Assembly: GCA_049840735.1 (NCBI GenBank) | Contig: JASGJN010000021.1 | Coordinates: 224,001 to 288,000, forward strand | Origin: Anaeromyxobacter sp. | Lineage (GTDB): Bacteria; Myxococcota; Myxococcia; Myxococcales; Anaeromyxobacteraceae | Length of the DNA: 64,000 nt | Direction of reading: 5' to 3' | In this document: positions 41,724-53,597 of the stretch, one piece after another | How positions within the stretch are numbered: the first letter of the stretch is position 1 | How the letters are laid out: the number at the start of each line of letters is the position of its first letter | Notes under the pieces: generated by a model | The model's database searches: none | The model's input: only the letters and a program-made list of their open reading frames with translations | What the model was told of the DNA's origin: nothing | Made by a program: the position numbers and the translations under genes

Positions 41724-43885
41724 ACCTGGGCTTCGTCAACCCGGCGCTCCTCTGGGGCCTGCTGGCCGCGGCCATCCCGCTGGCCATCCACCTGTTCTTC
41801 CGCCGCCGGCCGCGCCCCACGCCCTTCCCGGCCATCGAGTTCATCCTGCGCGCCCGCCGCGAGACCCAGCGCCGGGTCCGGCTGCGCAAGGTGCTCCTCT
41901 TCACCGCCCGCACGCTGCTGCTGGCCGCGGTGGCGGCCGCCATCGCCCGGCCGCGCACCGAGGCCCCGCCGCAGGCGGCCGCCGCGGCGCAGGGGCCGCG
42001 CGCCACCGCCCTGGTGCTCGACGCCTCCGGCTCCATGCAGTACACGCTGGGTGGACGCCGCCTCTTCGACCGCGCCCGCGCCGACCTGCTCGACGCGCTG
42101 GCGGCGCTCTCGCCGGAGGACCCGGTCACGGTGCTGGTCTGCGGGGCGGCCACCCCCAGCGCCGCGCCGCCCGGCTTCGACCGCGCCGCGGCGCGGGCCC
42201 TGCTCGCCCAGGCCGCGGTGGAGGCCGGCCACTCCGACCTGACCGCCTGCGCCAACGCCGCCGTGCGCGCGCTGGCCGCCGAGGCGGCCCAGGCGTCCCT
42301 GCCCAAGCGGCTCATCGTGGCCACCGACCTGGCCGCCACCGCCTGGCGCCTCGACGTGCCGCCCCCGTCGGTGGAGAGCGCCAGGGGGCCCCTCCGCCCC
42401 GAGGTGGAGGTGCTGGACGCCGCCCGCGGCGAGCCGCTCCCCAACCAGGCGGTGACCGGCCTGGAGGTCGAGCCGGATCCGGCCGCCGGCCCGCGCGGCT
42501 ACCGCTTCACCGCCACGCTGGCGCGCCAGGGGCCGGAGAAGGCCAGCGACGTGCCGCTGCAGCTCAAGGTCGGGCGTGGCCCGGAGCAGAAGGTGGCCAT
42601 CCGCGCCTTCACCGAGCTGCCCGCCGGCGGCGCCACCCGCAAGACGCTCCTGCACGGCTTCCCGGCCGGCGGCACCGCCGAGGTGGAGCTGGCGCTGCCG
42701 CCCGACCCGCTGCCGCTCGACGACGCGCGGGCGGTGGTGCTGCAGGTGCCGCGCGACGTGCGCGCGCTGGTGGTGGACGGCGCCCCCTCGCCCGTCAAGC
42801 TGCGCGACGAGGCCTACTTCGTGGAGGCGGCGCTGGCCTCGCCGGCCTCGCCGGTCCGGCCGCGGCTGGTGGACGCCGAGGCCTTCCCGCGCGAGGACCT
42901 GGCCGCCTACGACGTGATCTTCCTGCTCAACGTGCGCAACGCCGGCGCCCGCGCCGCCGACCTGCAGCGCTTCGTGGAGGGCGGCGGCGGGCTCTTCATC
43001 GCGCTGGGCGACCAGGTGGACCCGGAGACGTACTCGCGCGAGCTGGCCACCGTCCTGCCCATGGCGCTGCACGTCGAGAAGAGCACCGGGGCGCCGGGCG
43101 GCGGCGCCAGCGGGACCGCCCACCCGGCCCGCTTCGCCGAGCTGGACTGGAACCATCCGGCGCTCTCGGTCTTCGGCGGCGAGGCGCGCGAGGGGCTCCT
43201 GGGCACGCGCACCTTCCGCTACGTCCTGGCGCGCCCGGGCCGCGGCGGCGCGGAGGGGCCGGCGCCGCGGGTGCTGGCCGCCTTCGACGACGGCGCCCCG
43301 GCGCTGGTGGAGGGGCGGCGCGGCAAGGGGCGGGTGCTGCTGTTCACCTCCAGCGCCGACCGCGACTGGACCGACTGGCCCATCCGCACCTCCTTCCTGC
43401 CCGCCATGCAGCGCTTCGCCGGCTTCCTGGTGGGGGCGCTGGAGGAGCGGCGGGAGGCGCCCACCGTGGTGGGCGAGCGGCGCGCGCTGCGGCTCCCCGA
43501 GGGCGAGGCGCTGGTCGGGCTGGTGGACCCGGACGGCCGCGGCTGGTCCTTGGCCGACCTGCGGCGCACCGGGCTGGAGGAGCACGACGGCCTAAGCTGG
43601 GCCCCGCCCGCGCCCGGGCTGTGGCAGGTACGGGTGAAGGTCCGCGGCGAGGAGCGGATGGACCCGCAGCTCACCTTCGCGGCCTGGCCGGACGCGCGCG
43701 AGTCCGACACCCGCCGCCTGGAGCCCTCCGAGCTGACCGCCTGGTTCGGCGGCGAGGGGCACGCCAGGGTGGACGGCGATGCCCGCACCGCGGCCTCGCG
43801 CGAGCTGCCGCTCTGGTCGATCCTGCTGGTGGCGGGCCTGCTGGCCTTCGTGGGCGAGGGGCTGCTGCTCTCCACCCGCTCCTGA
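41720..43885 (+). CDS. BatA-domain / VWA membrane protein
   Basis: F.NP.LLWGL....IPL.IHL BatA N-terminus, DASGSM MIDAS, GGGL glutamine-amidotransferase-like segment, C-terminal TM segment. Confidence 0.85.
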
Positions 43886-44052
43886 GCGCGCTGCTCCCGG
43901 CGGCGCGTCCGCCTCCCGCACGCGGCTGCCATCCGAAGCCCATCCCCGCGCGAGGCCCACATCCTGGCAGGATGGCCCGTATCCTGCGCCGCACCCCCTG
44001 CGCTCGCCTGCCCGCTACGCAGCGCGGCGCTCTCGGGTAGAGTGCCCGGGTC

Positions 44053-45151
44053 ATGCGGCCCAGCAGCCTCGATCAGGACGTCGCCAGCCTCTTCTGCGTC
44101 GGCTTCCACGGTCAATCCCCGTCCCTCGAGGTCCTGGACCTCATCCGCCGCGGTGTCCACGGCGTCATCCTCTTCGCCCGCAACGTGGGCGAGGCCGAGC
44201 AGGTGGCCGGCCTGGTGGCCGACCTGAAGCGGGCGGCCCGGCGGCCGCTGCTCGTGTCGATCGACCAGGAGGGCGGCCGGGTGGCGCGGCTGCGCGCCCG
44301 CCACGGCTTCACCGAGGTCCCGCCCATGCGCGCCATCGGCCAGACCGGCGACGAGCTGCTGGCGCGGCAGGTGGGCGGGCTGCTCGGGCGCGAGCTGCGC
44401 GCGGTGGGCATCGACCAGGACTATGCGCCCTGCGTGGACGTGGACACCAACCCGCAGAACCCCGTCATCGGCGATCGCTCCTTCTCGCGCGACCCGGGAC
44501 AGGTGGGCTGGCTGGGCGCGGCGCTGGCGCAGGGGCTCCAGGGCGCCGGCGTGGCTGCCTGCGCCAAGCACTTCCCCGGCCACGGCGACACCAGCCAGGA
44601 CTCGCACAAGGACCTGCCGCGCCTCCCGCACACGCTGGAGCGGCTGCGCCGGGTGGAGCTGCCGCCCTTCGAGGCGCTGGCCCGGGCCGGCGTGGCCTCG
44701 ATGATGACCGCGCACGTGGTCTTCGAGGCCATCGAATCCGTCGCGCCCGGCCACCATCTCGCCGCCGGTGATCCGCCTCCTGCGCGAGGAGGTCGGCTTC
44801 GAGGGCTGCTGCATCTCCGACGATCTGGAGATGAAGGCGGTGGCCGAGCACGTGCCGCTGGAGGAGGCCGCCCCCGGCGCGGTGCTGGCTGGCGTCGACG
44901 CGCTCCTGGTATGCCACACCGCCGCCGTGCAGCACCGGGCCATCGACCTGGTGCGCCGCGCCGTGGAGGACGGCCGGATTCCCCGCGAGCGGCTCGCCCA
45001 GGCGAGGGCCCGCGTGGCCAAGCTGCTGACCTGGGCCGGCCCGCCGCCTGATCCCCGTCAAGCGCAGCAGCTGCTGCGCACGCCGGAGCACCTCGCCCTC
45101 GCCGCGCGCATCCCCCCGCTGGCCACCGGCGAGGACCCTACCGCCGCCTAG
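44053..45151 (+). CDS. nagZ: Beta-N-acetylhexosaminidase, GH3 (apparent frameshift near 44736)
   Basis: GVILFARN, IDQEGGRV, KHFPGHG, MTAH, ISDDLEM. Confidence 0.9.
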
Positions 45152-45205
45152 TGCGCTCCACGGCCGCACCTGCGAACGCGGGGCTCGCTCGCTCGCCAAC
45201 GTTTG

Positions 45206-46273
45206 CTAGAGTGCGATCCGTGGCGAGCGGCGCACGCTTCCACGCTCGAACAGCCCAGCGCGCCGCTCGCCATTCTTCATGGGGCGGCGCCTGCCGCTCG
45301 GCCCCGGCCCAGCGTGCCGTCCCCGCTCCAGCCGCTCGAACGCGTCCGCGATGGCCTGCCGGATCGCCTCCCGGTGGAGCAGCACCGCCGAGACGTGGCC
45401 GGCCGGGAGCCAGCGCAGCTCGCAGCCCCAGTGGTCGGCGATCTTGCGCATCTCCGCCGGCGGCACCACGCCGTCCTCCGCGGTGCCCACCACGATGGCC
45501 GCCTCCGGCGCGCGCGGCGGCGGCAGCGCCTTCACGCTGAAGCGCGAGAGGTGCCGGCAGAGCGCGCGCCGCGCCTCCTCCGGCCCGGGCCCCAGCGCGC
45601 TCCAGCGGGCCACCTCGCGCAGCACGCCCTCCTCGAAGACCGACACCGGCGAGCAGCTCGGCGCCACCGGCACCACCGCGAGGGGGAAGCGCGTGGCCTG
45701 CCCCACCATCGCCGCCAGCTGCCCGCCCATGCTGTAGCCGGTCACGCCCAGCAGCGGCGCGGCGCCCGTCTCGCGCAGCCAGCGGAGCAGCGCGCGCGCC
45801 TCCTGCACCGTGGCGGCCGCCATGAGCTGGAGATCGGAGACGCAGCGCACCGCGTAGGTGGGCTGCCCGGGCGGCCGGCGGCTGCCGTAGAACGGGTTCT
45901 CCAGGATCAGCGCGCCGATCCCGCGCGCCAGCAGCGGCGCCGCCAGCAGCTGGCGGAAGCGGAAGCCCTCGTCCCCCGAGGCCGCCAGGTGCACGGCGAT
46001 CCCGCGCGCCTTCCCCGGCGGGACGAGCAGCCGGACGCGGGCCGTCCGCGCGGCGGGGGGCAGGCGCGGCTCGGGGCTCTCGAAGTGCCCCTCCAGCAGC
46101 CGGCCACCCCTCACCCGGCCGATCGGCGTGAGCCGCAGGCCGATCCGCGCCGGCCGGAGCCGGGCCAGCTCGACCGGCGCGTCCGAGGGCAGCACGGCCG
46201 GATCGCCCCAGCCATCCACGAAGAACTTCTCGCGGGGGCTGACGAGGCCGAAGAGGCGGTCGAGGAGGTGCAC
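45206..46273 (-). CDS. Alpha/beta hydrolase (ABHD18/DUF2048-like)
   Basis: KFFVDGWG, ENPFYG.R.P, GYSMGG nucleophile elbow, GHVSA. Confidence 0.82.
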   Translation of the reverse strand: MHLLDRLFGLVSPREKFFVDGWGDPAVLPSDAPVELARLRPARIGLRLTPIGRVRGGRLLEGHFESPEPRLPPAARTARVRLLVPPGKARGIAVHLAASGDEGFRFRQLLAAPLLARGIGALILENPFYGSRRPPGQPTYAVRCVSDLQLMAAATVQEARALLRWLRETGAAPLLGVTGYSMGGQLAAMVGQATRFPLAVVPVAPSCSPVSVFEEGVLREVARWSALGPGPEEARRALCRHLSRFSVKALPPPRAPEAAIVVGTAEDGVVPPAEMRKIADHWGCELRWLPAGHVSAVLLHREAIRQAIADAFERLERGRHAGPGPSGRRRPMKNGERRAGLFERGSVRRSPRIAL

Positions 46274-46370
46274 GCCTGCAATGTACGCACGAAGGGTCCG
46301 TGGCGCAGGGTCGCGATGCGTGCGGCGAGGCGGCCCAGAGGCGTTCGACCGTGAGGCGCTCCTGGCCTGG

Positions 46371-46971
46371 GCTTCGACTCCGCGAGCCCTGCGGGCTCGC
46401 TACGCTCAGCCCGAACGGCGGTGGACCACCCGTTCGCCTGCGCCCAGTCCGAACGGTGGTGGACCACCCGTTCGCCTACGCCCAGTCCGGACAGCGGTGG
46501 ACCACCCGTTCGCCTACGCTCAGGCCGAACGGCGGTGGACCACCCGTTCGCCTACGCTCAGGCCGAACGGCGGTGGACCACCCGTTCGCCTACGCCCAGG
46601 CCGAACGGCGGTGGACCACCCGTTCGCCTACGCCCAGTCCGGACGGCGGTGGACCACCCGTTCGCCTACGCCCAGTCCGAACGGTGGTGGACCATCCGTT
46701 CGCCTACGCTCGGCCCGAACGGCGGTGGACCACCCGTTCGCCTACGCCCAGTCCGGACAGCGGCGGACCACCCGTTCGCCTACGCCCAGTCCGGACAGCG
46801 GTGGACCACCCGTTCGCCTACGCCCAGTCCGGACAGCGGTGGACCACCCGTTCGCCTACGCCCAGTCCGGACAGCGGTGGACCACCCGTTCGCCTGCGCC
46901 CAGTCCGGACAGCGGTGGACCACCCGTTCGCCCTGAGCGTAGCCGCGGCGAAGCCGCGGCGGAGTCGAAGG
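46371..46971. repeat. Two-arm palindromic element with 38-bp tandem array (13 periods)
   Basis: CCGTTCGCC recurs every 38 bp from 46430 to 46924; unit is left-arm tail + CGGTGGACCAC + right-arm head. Confidence 0.95.
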
Positions 46972-46990
46972 GCGCTGCCTGCCTGGCCCT

Positions 46991-48340
46991 TCAGGTCCGA
47001 TCGAGGATCTTGAGCGCCACCAGCCCGTACAGGAAGCCGTAGACGGTGTGCTCCGGCCGCTGGGCCACGTGGATCAGCTCGGCCAGCGTGCGCGTGCCGT
47101 CCACCTTGGGCAGGAGCTCCGCCTCCCAGCGCTCCAACTCCACCTCGTGGAGGCCGAAGGCCGGCTCGGGCGACGGGATGAGCCGCTCCTCCGGCGAGAG
47201 CAGCTTGAAGAGCCGCTCCGGCTTGTACAGCTTCTTCACGCCGCGGGTGATGAGGTGGGCCGGGTGGAGGTCCACCTTGATCGACTCCTTCTCGGCTCGG
47301 TCGGCGAAGTGGAGGCGGTACTCGCCCTCCTCCCAGGCGAAGACCGAGTAGACGATGGCCTTCACCTGCTGTGCGACGTAGTAGAGCTTCTCCGCCTCCT
47401 TGAGGAGGCCCATCTCCACCAGCACGTCGCCGGTGCGCCGGCCGGTCTTGTCGGCCGCGGCCTGGCACAGCTCCAGCTGCGCCTGCGTGATCTTCCCCAC
47501 GCGCACCAGGAACGGGCCGAACCGGTCCGTCACCAGGTTGGAGATGGCGAAGCAGGGGCGGCCCTTCTCGAAGTAGATGGTCTTCTTGACCTTGCCCTTC
47601 TGCAGGGTCAGCTCACCGGTCTGCTGGGCCAGGTGGAAGGCCGTGATCAGCTCGGGGAGGTTCTCCTCCAGCTTCCCCTCGGTGTGCGAGAGGTCATGGC
47701 GCCGGGCCTGCACGTCGGCCGCGCGCGGCGGCTGGGCGGGGACGGGCGGCGGGCGGGCGGGGGTGCCCACCGGGCCGGCGGTGATGGTCTCGCCGCGCAT
47801 CACCGCCGAGACCTTGCCGCCCTCGGTCAGCGTCACGCGCCCGGTCAGCTCCATGGCCTCGACCGGCTCGTCGGTCTCGACCGCGACCTCCACGTCGAAG
47901 TCGTTCAGCTCGGTGACCGGGGGACGCCGGGTGTGGGGGCTGGGGGTGGTGAAGGTGGGGCGGGGCGGCGGCGCGGAGGAGGGCACCAGGCCGCGCAGCG
48001 CCTCCATCAGCTTGCGGGCCTCGAAGGGCTTCTCGAAGTAGCCCGCCGCGCCGTGCTGGGTGCGGGCGTCGGTGGCCGCCCGGCCCCCCTTGAAGACGCC
48101 GGTCATGAAGAGGAAGGGGACCTGCGCGTTCTTGAGGGCGTGGGCGACGTCGTAGCCCATCATGTCGGGCAGGAGCACATCCACCACCGCCGCCACCGGC
48201 TGCTCGGCGACCAGCTTGTCCAGCGCGGTCCGGCCCTTGGCCGCGGTCACCGCGACCCACCCCTCCGCCTCGATCAGCCGGGCGAGCAGCGTCAGCAGCT
48301 CCTGGTTGTCGTCCACCAGCAGGATCTTGTGAGGAGGCAC
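46991..48340 (-). CDS. Response regulator receiver domain plus DUF4388 (PATAN-like) domain protein
   Basis: ILLVDDN, DVLLPDMMG, EKPF; C-terminal TGELTL..G.VKK.IYFEKG...W.EG.Y. Confidence 0.85.
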   Translation of the reverse strand: MPPHKILLVDDNQELLTLLARLIEAEGWVAVTAAKGRTALDKLVAEQPVAAVVDVLLPDMMGYDVAHALKNAQVPFLFMTGVFKGGRAATDARTQHGAAGYFEKPFEARKLMEALRGLVPSSAPPPRPTFTTPSPHTRRPPVTELNDFDVEVAVETDEPVEAMELTGRVTLTEGGKVSAVMRGETITAGPVGTPARPPPVPAQPPRAADVQARRHDLSHTEGKLEENLPELITAFHLAQQTGELTLQKGKVKKTIYFEKGRPCFAISNLVTDRFGPFLVRVGKITQAQLELCQAAADKTGRRTGDVLVEMGLLKEAEKLYYVAQQVKAIVYSVFAWEEGEYRLHFADRAEKESIKVDLHPAHLITRGVKKLYKPERLFKLLSPEERLIPSPEPAFGLHEVELERWEAELLPKVDGTRTLAELIHVAQRPEHTVYGFLYGLVALKILDRT

Positions 48341-48493
48341 GGCGCGACCATACCGGGGGTGTGGTGCCCGATCAACGGCGCGTACCCCGGCCGAGCGACC
48401 GGCGCACCTCCCCGGCGGGTGCCCGGTCGTCAGGCGGGGTGCCTGCCCACCGGGCGGGCCCCGTCCTGCTGCAACCGCCCGTGCAGGCTCGCG

Positions 48494-48523
48494 TTGACAA
48501 GCCGCTCGGTAGGCAAGTAAGCA
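48494..48523 (+). promoter_or_regulatory. Possible sigma70 promoter of the liv operon
   Basis: TTGACA followed by a locally AT-richer TAAGCA at 18 nt; AGGAGG RBS before ATG 48607. Confidence 0.3.
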
Positions 48524-48606
48524 AATCTCCTCTCTTCAGCGACACCCCCATGGCGTCGATCCGCACCGCGGGTCCGCGGCCCTGGGGTGCCCACAGGAGG
48601 TAGGCG

Positions 48607-49744
48607 ATGGCGTACGTGCGCACGGCGGCGCTGGCGGCCCTGGTCCTGGCGGTCGGCTGCACCCGGAAGCAGGCGGCAGACGAGATCCTCATCGGCCACG
48701 TCGCGTCCCTGACCGGCACGGAGGCCACCTTCGGCACCTCCACCGACAACGGCATCAAGCTCGCCCTGGAGGAGGCCAACAAGAAGGGCGGCGTGAAGGG
48801 GAAGAAGCTGGTCCTCAAGACGCTCGACAACCAGGGGCAGGCGCAGGCCTCCGCCCAGGCGGCCAAGCGGCTGGTGGACGACAAGAATCACCGTGCTGCT
48901 GGGCGAGGTGGCCTCCACCCGCTCGCTGGCCATGGCGCCCATCGCCGACGCGGCCCACGTGCCGATGATCTCGCCGTCCTCGACCAACCCCCGCGTGACC
49001 AAGGACGGCGACAACACCCGGCCCTTCGTCTTCCGCGTGTGCTTCATCGACCCGTTCCAGGGGACGGTGATGGCCACCTTCGCGCACGACAACCTGAAGA
49101 TGACCAAGGTGGCCATCCTGCGCGACGTCGGGTCGGACTACTCGGTGGGCCTGGCCAACTACTTCGCGCAGAAGTTCACCGAGCTGGGCGGGCAGGTCGT
49201 GAGCGACCAGAGCTTCAAGGCCGGCGACCCGGACTTCAAGGCCCAGCTCACGCAGATCCGCCAGGCCAACCCCGAGGCCATCTTCGTCCCCGGCTACTAC
49301 ACCGACGTGGGGCTCATCGCCGTGCAGGCGCGCGAGCTGGGCATGAAGCAGCCGCTGCTGGGCGGCGACGGCTGGGACTCCACCAAGCTCTACGAGATCG
49401 CCCAGGGCGCGCTCGACGGCTCCTACTTCTCCAACCACTACTCCCAGGACAACCCGGACCCGGTCATCCAGGAGTTCGTGAAGAAGTACGCCGAGAAGTT
49501 CGGCGAGAAGCCGGACGGCCTGGCCGCCACCGGCTACGACGCCGCGCTGGTGGCCATCGACGCCATGAACCGGGCGCCGGATCTCTCCGGGCCGGCCATC
49601 GCCAAGGCCATCGCCGACATCAAGGCCTTCCGCGGCGTCTCCGGCACCATCAGCATCGACGCCAACCACAACGCCGTGAAGTCGGCGGTGGTGCTCGGCA
49701 TCGAGAACAACGCCGCCACGTTCAAGGCGACCGTCAACCCGTAG
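48607..49744 (+). CDS. livK: Branched-chain amino acid ABC transporter substrate-binding lipoprotein (LivK/LivJ-like; apparent frameshift near 48887)
   Basis: Lipobox AVGC; SLTG..ATFG; SPSSTN; FRVCFIDPFQG; GGDGW; GYDA. Confidence 0.88.
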
Positions 49745-49791
49745 TCCCGGCGCCCGCCCGCCGCTCCCTGGCGGCCGGCGGGCGTTCCCGC

Positions 49792-50712
49792 GTGACCGAG
49801 TTCCTCCAGCACCTCGTCAACGGCCTCTCCGTCGGCACCATCTACGCCCTCGTCGCCCTGGGCTACACGATGGTCTACGGCGTCCTGAAGCTCATCAACT
49901 TCGCCCACGGCGACGTCTACATGGTGGGCGCCTTCTCCGGCTACTACCTGGGGACGGCCGCCATCCTGCGCGACCAGCCCAGCTTCATCCGGGCCTCGCT
50001 GGTGACGCTGGGCGCGATGGTCATCTGCGGCCTGCTGGGCTGGGCCATCGAGCGGTTCGCCTACCGGCCGCTGCGAAGCCGCCCGCGGCTGACCGCGCTC
50101 ATCACCGCCATCGGCGTCTCCTTCCTGCTGGAGTACGGCTTCCAGCTCCACTTCCCCGGGCTCTCGTTCCCGCCCGGCCCCACGCCGCGCCTCTTCCCGC
50201 GCATCATCCCCAAGGAGACCTTCACCGCCCTGGGCGTGAACGTCTCCAGCCATAACGTGATCGGCCTGGCGGTGGCGGTGGCGCTCATGCTCGGGCTGCA
50301 GTGGATCGTCTTCCGGACGCGGTTCGGGATGGCCATGCGCGCGGTCTCCTTCGACCCGCAGGTGGCCTCGCTGATGGGCATCCCGGTGAACCGGATCATC
50401 TCCTGGACCTTCGTGCTCGGCTCGGTGCTGGCCGCCGCCGCCGGGATCATCAGCGCCACCGCCAAGTACCGCATCGACCCGCTCTTCGGGCTCAACTACG
50501 GCCTCAAGGCCTTCGTGGCGGCGGTGCTGGGAGGGATCGGCAGCGTGCCGGGCGCCATGGTGGGCGGGCTGGTGCTGGGGTTGGCCGAGGAGTACGTGGC
50601 GGGGTACACGGCGTCGTCCTGGCGCGACGCCATCGCCTTCACCGTGCTGATCCTGGTGCTGCTGGTCCGGCCCGAGGGGCTGTTCGGACGCGTCACGGTG
50701 GAGAAGGTCTAG
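49792..50712 (+). CDS. livH: Branched-chain amino acid ABC transporter permease LivH
   Basis: [39 protein letters not shown]. Confidence 0.92.
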   Translation: MTEFLQHLVNGLSVGTIYALVALGYTMVYGVLKLINFAHGDVYMVGAFSGYYLGTAAILRDQPSFIRASLVTLGAMVICGLLGWAIERFAYRPLRSRPRLTALITAIGVSFLLEYGFQLHFPGLSFPPGPTPRLFPRIIPKETFTALGVNVSSHNVIGLAVAVALMLGLQWIVFRTRFGMAMRAVSFDPQVASLMGIPVNRIISWTFVLGSVLAAAAGIISATAKYRIDPLFGLNYGLKAFVAAVLGGIGSVPGAMVGGLVLGLAEEYVAGYTASSWRDAIAFTVLILVLLVRPEGLFGRVTVEKV

Positions 50713-51789
50713 TGGCCACCGCGCCCCCGTCCTCCCGCCGGCTCTCGCCCGTGCTCTGGCTGCTGCGATCCCTGCTGCCGTTCCTGGTCGGCGTCCCCCT
50801 GCTCTACGGCGTGCAGGTCGCGCTGGAGGCGGCCGGGCAGGGCTTCCTGGCCTACCTGCTGCTCCTGGCAGGCGTGAACGTCATCCTGGCGGTCTCGCTC
50901 AACGTGGTGAACGGCTTCACCGGCCAGTTCTCCCTGGGTCACGCCGGCTTCATGGCGGTGGGCGCCTACACCTCCGCCCTGATCACCCTGGCGCTCGGCG
51001 CCGGAGGCTCGCTGGGGCTGCCGCCCGCGCTGGGTAGCGAGCTGGTCTTCGCGGTGGCGCTGGGCGCCGGCATGGCCGCCGCCGCGCTGGCCGGCTTCCT
51101 GGTGGGCATGCCCTCGCTGCGGCTGCGCGGCGACTACCTGGCCATCGTCACGCTCGGCTTCGGCGAGAATCATCCGCAGCACCATCGAGAACATCCCGGC
51201 GCTGGGCCGCGCGGCCGGGCTCTCCGGCCTGCCGCTCCTCACCAACCTGCCCTGGGTGGGCGCGGGGGCCATCGCCACGGTGGTGATGGCCCGCCGCCTG
51301 GCCGTCTCCACCCAGGGGCGCGCGCTCTTCGCCATCCGCGAGGACGAGGTGGCCGCCGAGGCCATGGGCGTGGACACCACCGGCTACAAGGTGCGGGCCT
51401 TCGTCATCTCCGCCGCCTACGCCGGGCTGGCGGGCGGCCTGGTGGCCCACCTGATCCTGTCGATCGCGCCCAAGTCCTTCACGTTCGTGCAGTCCATCGA
51501 GGTGGTGGTGATGGTGGTGCTGGGCGGGCTGGGCTCCATCACCGGCTCGGTCGTGGCGGCGCTGCTGCTCACCTTCGGCCTGGAGTGGCTGCGGGCGTTC
51601 GAGCAGTACCGCATGGTCGTCTACGCGCTGCTCCTGATCGCCCTGATGCTGGTCCGCCCCCAGGGCATCTTCGGCACCCGCGAGCTGTGGGACCTGCCCA
51701 TCTTCCGCCGCCGCGGCCGCGCCCCGGCGCCGGCCGGCGCCCCGCCCACCACCGTGCGCGACGACTCGACCGCGGGAGGCCAGCCGTGA
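50712..51789 (+). CDS. livM: Branched-chain amino acid ABC transporter permease LivM (apparent frameshift near 51169)
   Basis: [40 protein letters not shown]. Confidence 0.9.
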
Positions 51790-52614
51790 GCGCCGGCCCC
51801 TCGCTCCAGGCCGAGCACGTCACCATGCGCTTCGGCGGCCTGCGGGCCCTGTCCGACTTCAACCTCACGCTCCGCCCCGGCGAGCTGGTGGCGCTGATCG
51901 GCCCCAACGGCGCCGGCAAGACCACCGCCTTCAACGCCATCACCGGCGTCTACACGCCCACCGAGGGCGACGTCCGCGTGGGCGGCCAGCGCGTGAACGG
52001 GCTGCGCCCGCACCAGATCTGCGCCCGCGGCGTGGCCCGCACCTTCCAGAACATCAGGCTCTTCCAGGAGCTCTCGGCGCTCGACAACGTGCGGGTGGCC
52101 TGCCACGCCGGCGCGAAGAGCGGCTTCTTCGACGCGCTCTTCCTCACGCCGCACCACCGGGCCGAGGAGGCGCGCATCCTGGCGCGCGCCGAGCAGTTCC
52201 TGGAGGTGATGGGGCTCTCGCACCGGCGCGGCGAGACCGCCAGGAACCTGCCCTACGGCGAGCGGCGCCGGCTGGAGATCGCCCGCGCCCTGGCCACCGG
52301 CCCGCGCGTGCTCTGCCTGGACGAGCCCGCCGCCGGCATGAACGCCTCGGAGAAGGTGGAGCTGATGGCGGCTGATCCGCTCCATCCGCGACCGCTTCGG
52401 CCTGGCGGTCCTCCTCATCGAGCACGACATGCGGCTGGTGATGGGCGTCTCGGAGCGCGTGCTGGTGCTGGACCATGGCGTGACCATCGCCGAGGGGCGG
52501 CCGGAGGCCATCCGGAAGGATCCCAAGGTGATCGAGGCCTACCTGGGCGACGCCTACCTCGAGGAGCAGCGGATGGCCGTGCCGGCCCGGACGGACGGGG
52601 AGGGCGCGCCGTGA
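51786..52614 (+). CDS. livG: Branched-chain amino acid ABC transporter ATPase LivG (apparent frameshift near 52371)
   Basis: [40 protein letters not shown]. Confidence 0.9.
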
Positions 52615-53327
52615 GCGACACCGTGCTCCGCGTCAGCGACCTCCACGTCCACTACGGCGCCATCGAGGCGCTGCGCGGCGTGTCGCTCCAGGTCGCGAAG
52701 GGGCAGGTGGTGGCCCTGATCGGCGCAAACGGCGCGGGCAAGACCACCACGCTCCGCGCCATCTCCCGCATGCTGCGCGCCAGCAGCGGGGCGGTGGAGT
52801 TCGAGGGGCAGGACATCACCCGGGTCCCGCCGCACGCGCTGGTGGCCCGCGGCATGGCCCACGCGCCGGAGGGGCGCGGCATCTTCCTCAACCTGACCGT
52901 CCGCGAGAACCTCGAGCTGGGCGCCTACCTGCGCACCGACAAGGCCGGGATCGTCAAGGACGCCGAGCGCGCCTACCAGCTCTTCCCCATCCTGGCGGAG
53001 CGCAAGGCGCAGGTGTGCGGCACGCTCTCCGGCGGCGAGCAGCAGATGCTGGCCGTGGCCCGCGCGCTGATGAGCCGCCCGCGGCTGCTCCTGCTGGACG
53101 AGCCGTCGCTGGGGCTGGCCCCGCAGATCGTGGAGCGGATCTTCGGCGTGCTGCGCGAGGTGAACCAGGACGGCGTGGCGCTCTTGCTGGTGGAGCAGAA
53201 CGCGCACAAGGCGCTGCAGCTGGCCCACCGCGCCTACGTGCTGGAGACCGGCAGCGTGGTGATGCAGGGCACCGGCCGCGAGCTGCTGGCCTCGCCCGAG
53301 GTGCGCAAGGCGTACCTGGGGGAGTGA
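52611..53327 (+). CDS. livF: Branched-chain amino acid ABC transporter ATPase LivF
   Basis: [36 protein letters not shown]. Confidence 0.95.
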   Translation: MSDTVLRVSDLHVHYGAIEALRGVSLQVAKGQVVALIGANGAGKTTTLRAISRMLRASSGAVEFEGQDITRVPPHALVARGMAHAPEGRGIFLNLTVRENLELGAYLRTDKAGIVKDAERAYQLFPILAERKAQVCGTLSGGEQQMLAVARALMSRPRLLLLDEPSLGLAPQIVERIFGVLREVNQDGVALLLVEQNAHKALQLAHRAYVLETGSVVMQGTGRELLASPEVRKAYLGE

Positions 53328-53344
53328 GGGCGCTCGTCGCCTGG

Positions 53345-53584
53345 CCTTCGACTCCGGGCTCGCCTGCGGCGAGCCCTACGCTCAGGCCGAACGGGGTCGT
53401 GGCCTGAGGCTGAACGGGGGCGTGGGCACAGGCTGAGCGGGGGCGTGGGCACAGGCTGAGCGGGGGCGTGGCCACAGGCTGAACGGGGACGTGGGCCCAG
53501 TCCGAACGGTCGGGCCCAGGCCGAACGGCCAGTGGACCGTTCGCCCTGAGCGTAGCCGCGGCGACGCCGCGGCGGAGTCGAAGG
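53345..53584. repeat. Two-arm palindromic element with 23-bp tandem array (7 units) between convergent genes
   Basis: Units at 53383, 53406, 53429, 53452, 53475, 53498, 53517; right arm 53537-53584. Confidence 0.92.
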
Positions 53585-53597
53585 GCAGGCCCGGAGC

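Noticed and set aside
46419..46935. 38-bp periodic array as a CRISPR array
   Set aside because: Units are contiguous with no unique spacers, derive from the flanking palindromic arms, and no cas genes are present in the window.
46128..47042. Repetitive ORFs across the 38-bp array
   Set aside because: The period is not a multiple of 3, all three frames give the same cyclic peptide, and there is no coding signature.
50301..53327. 1008-aa LivM-LivG-LivF fusion ORF (and 48607-50712 LivK-LivH)
   Set aside because: Artefacts of single-base frameshifts; the individual liv genes have normal, separate starts and stops.
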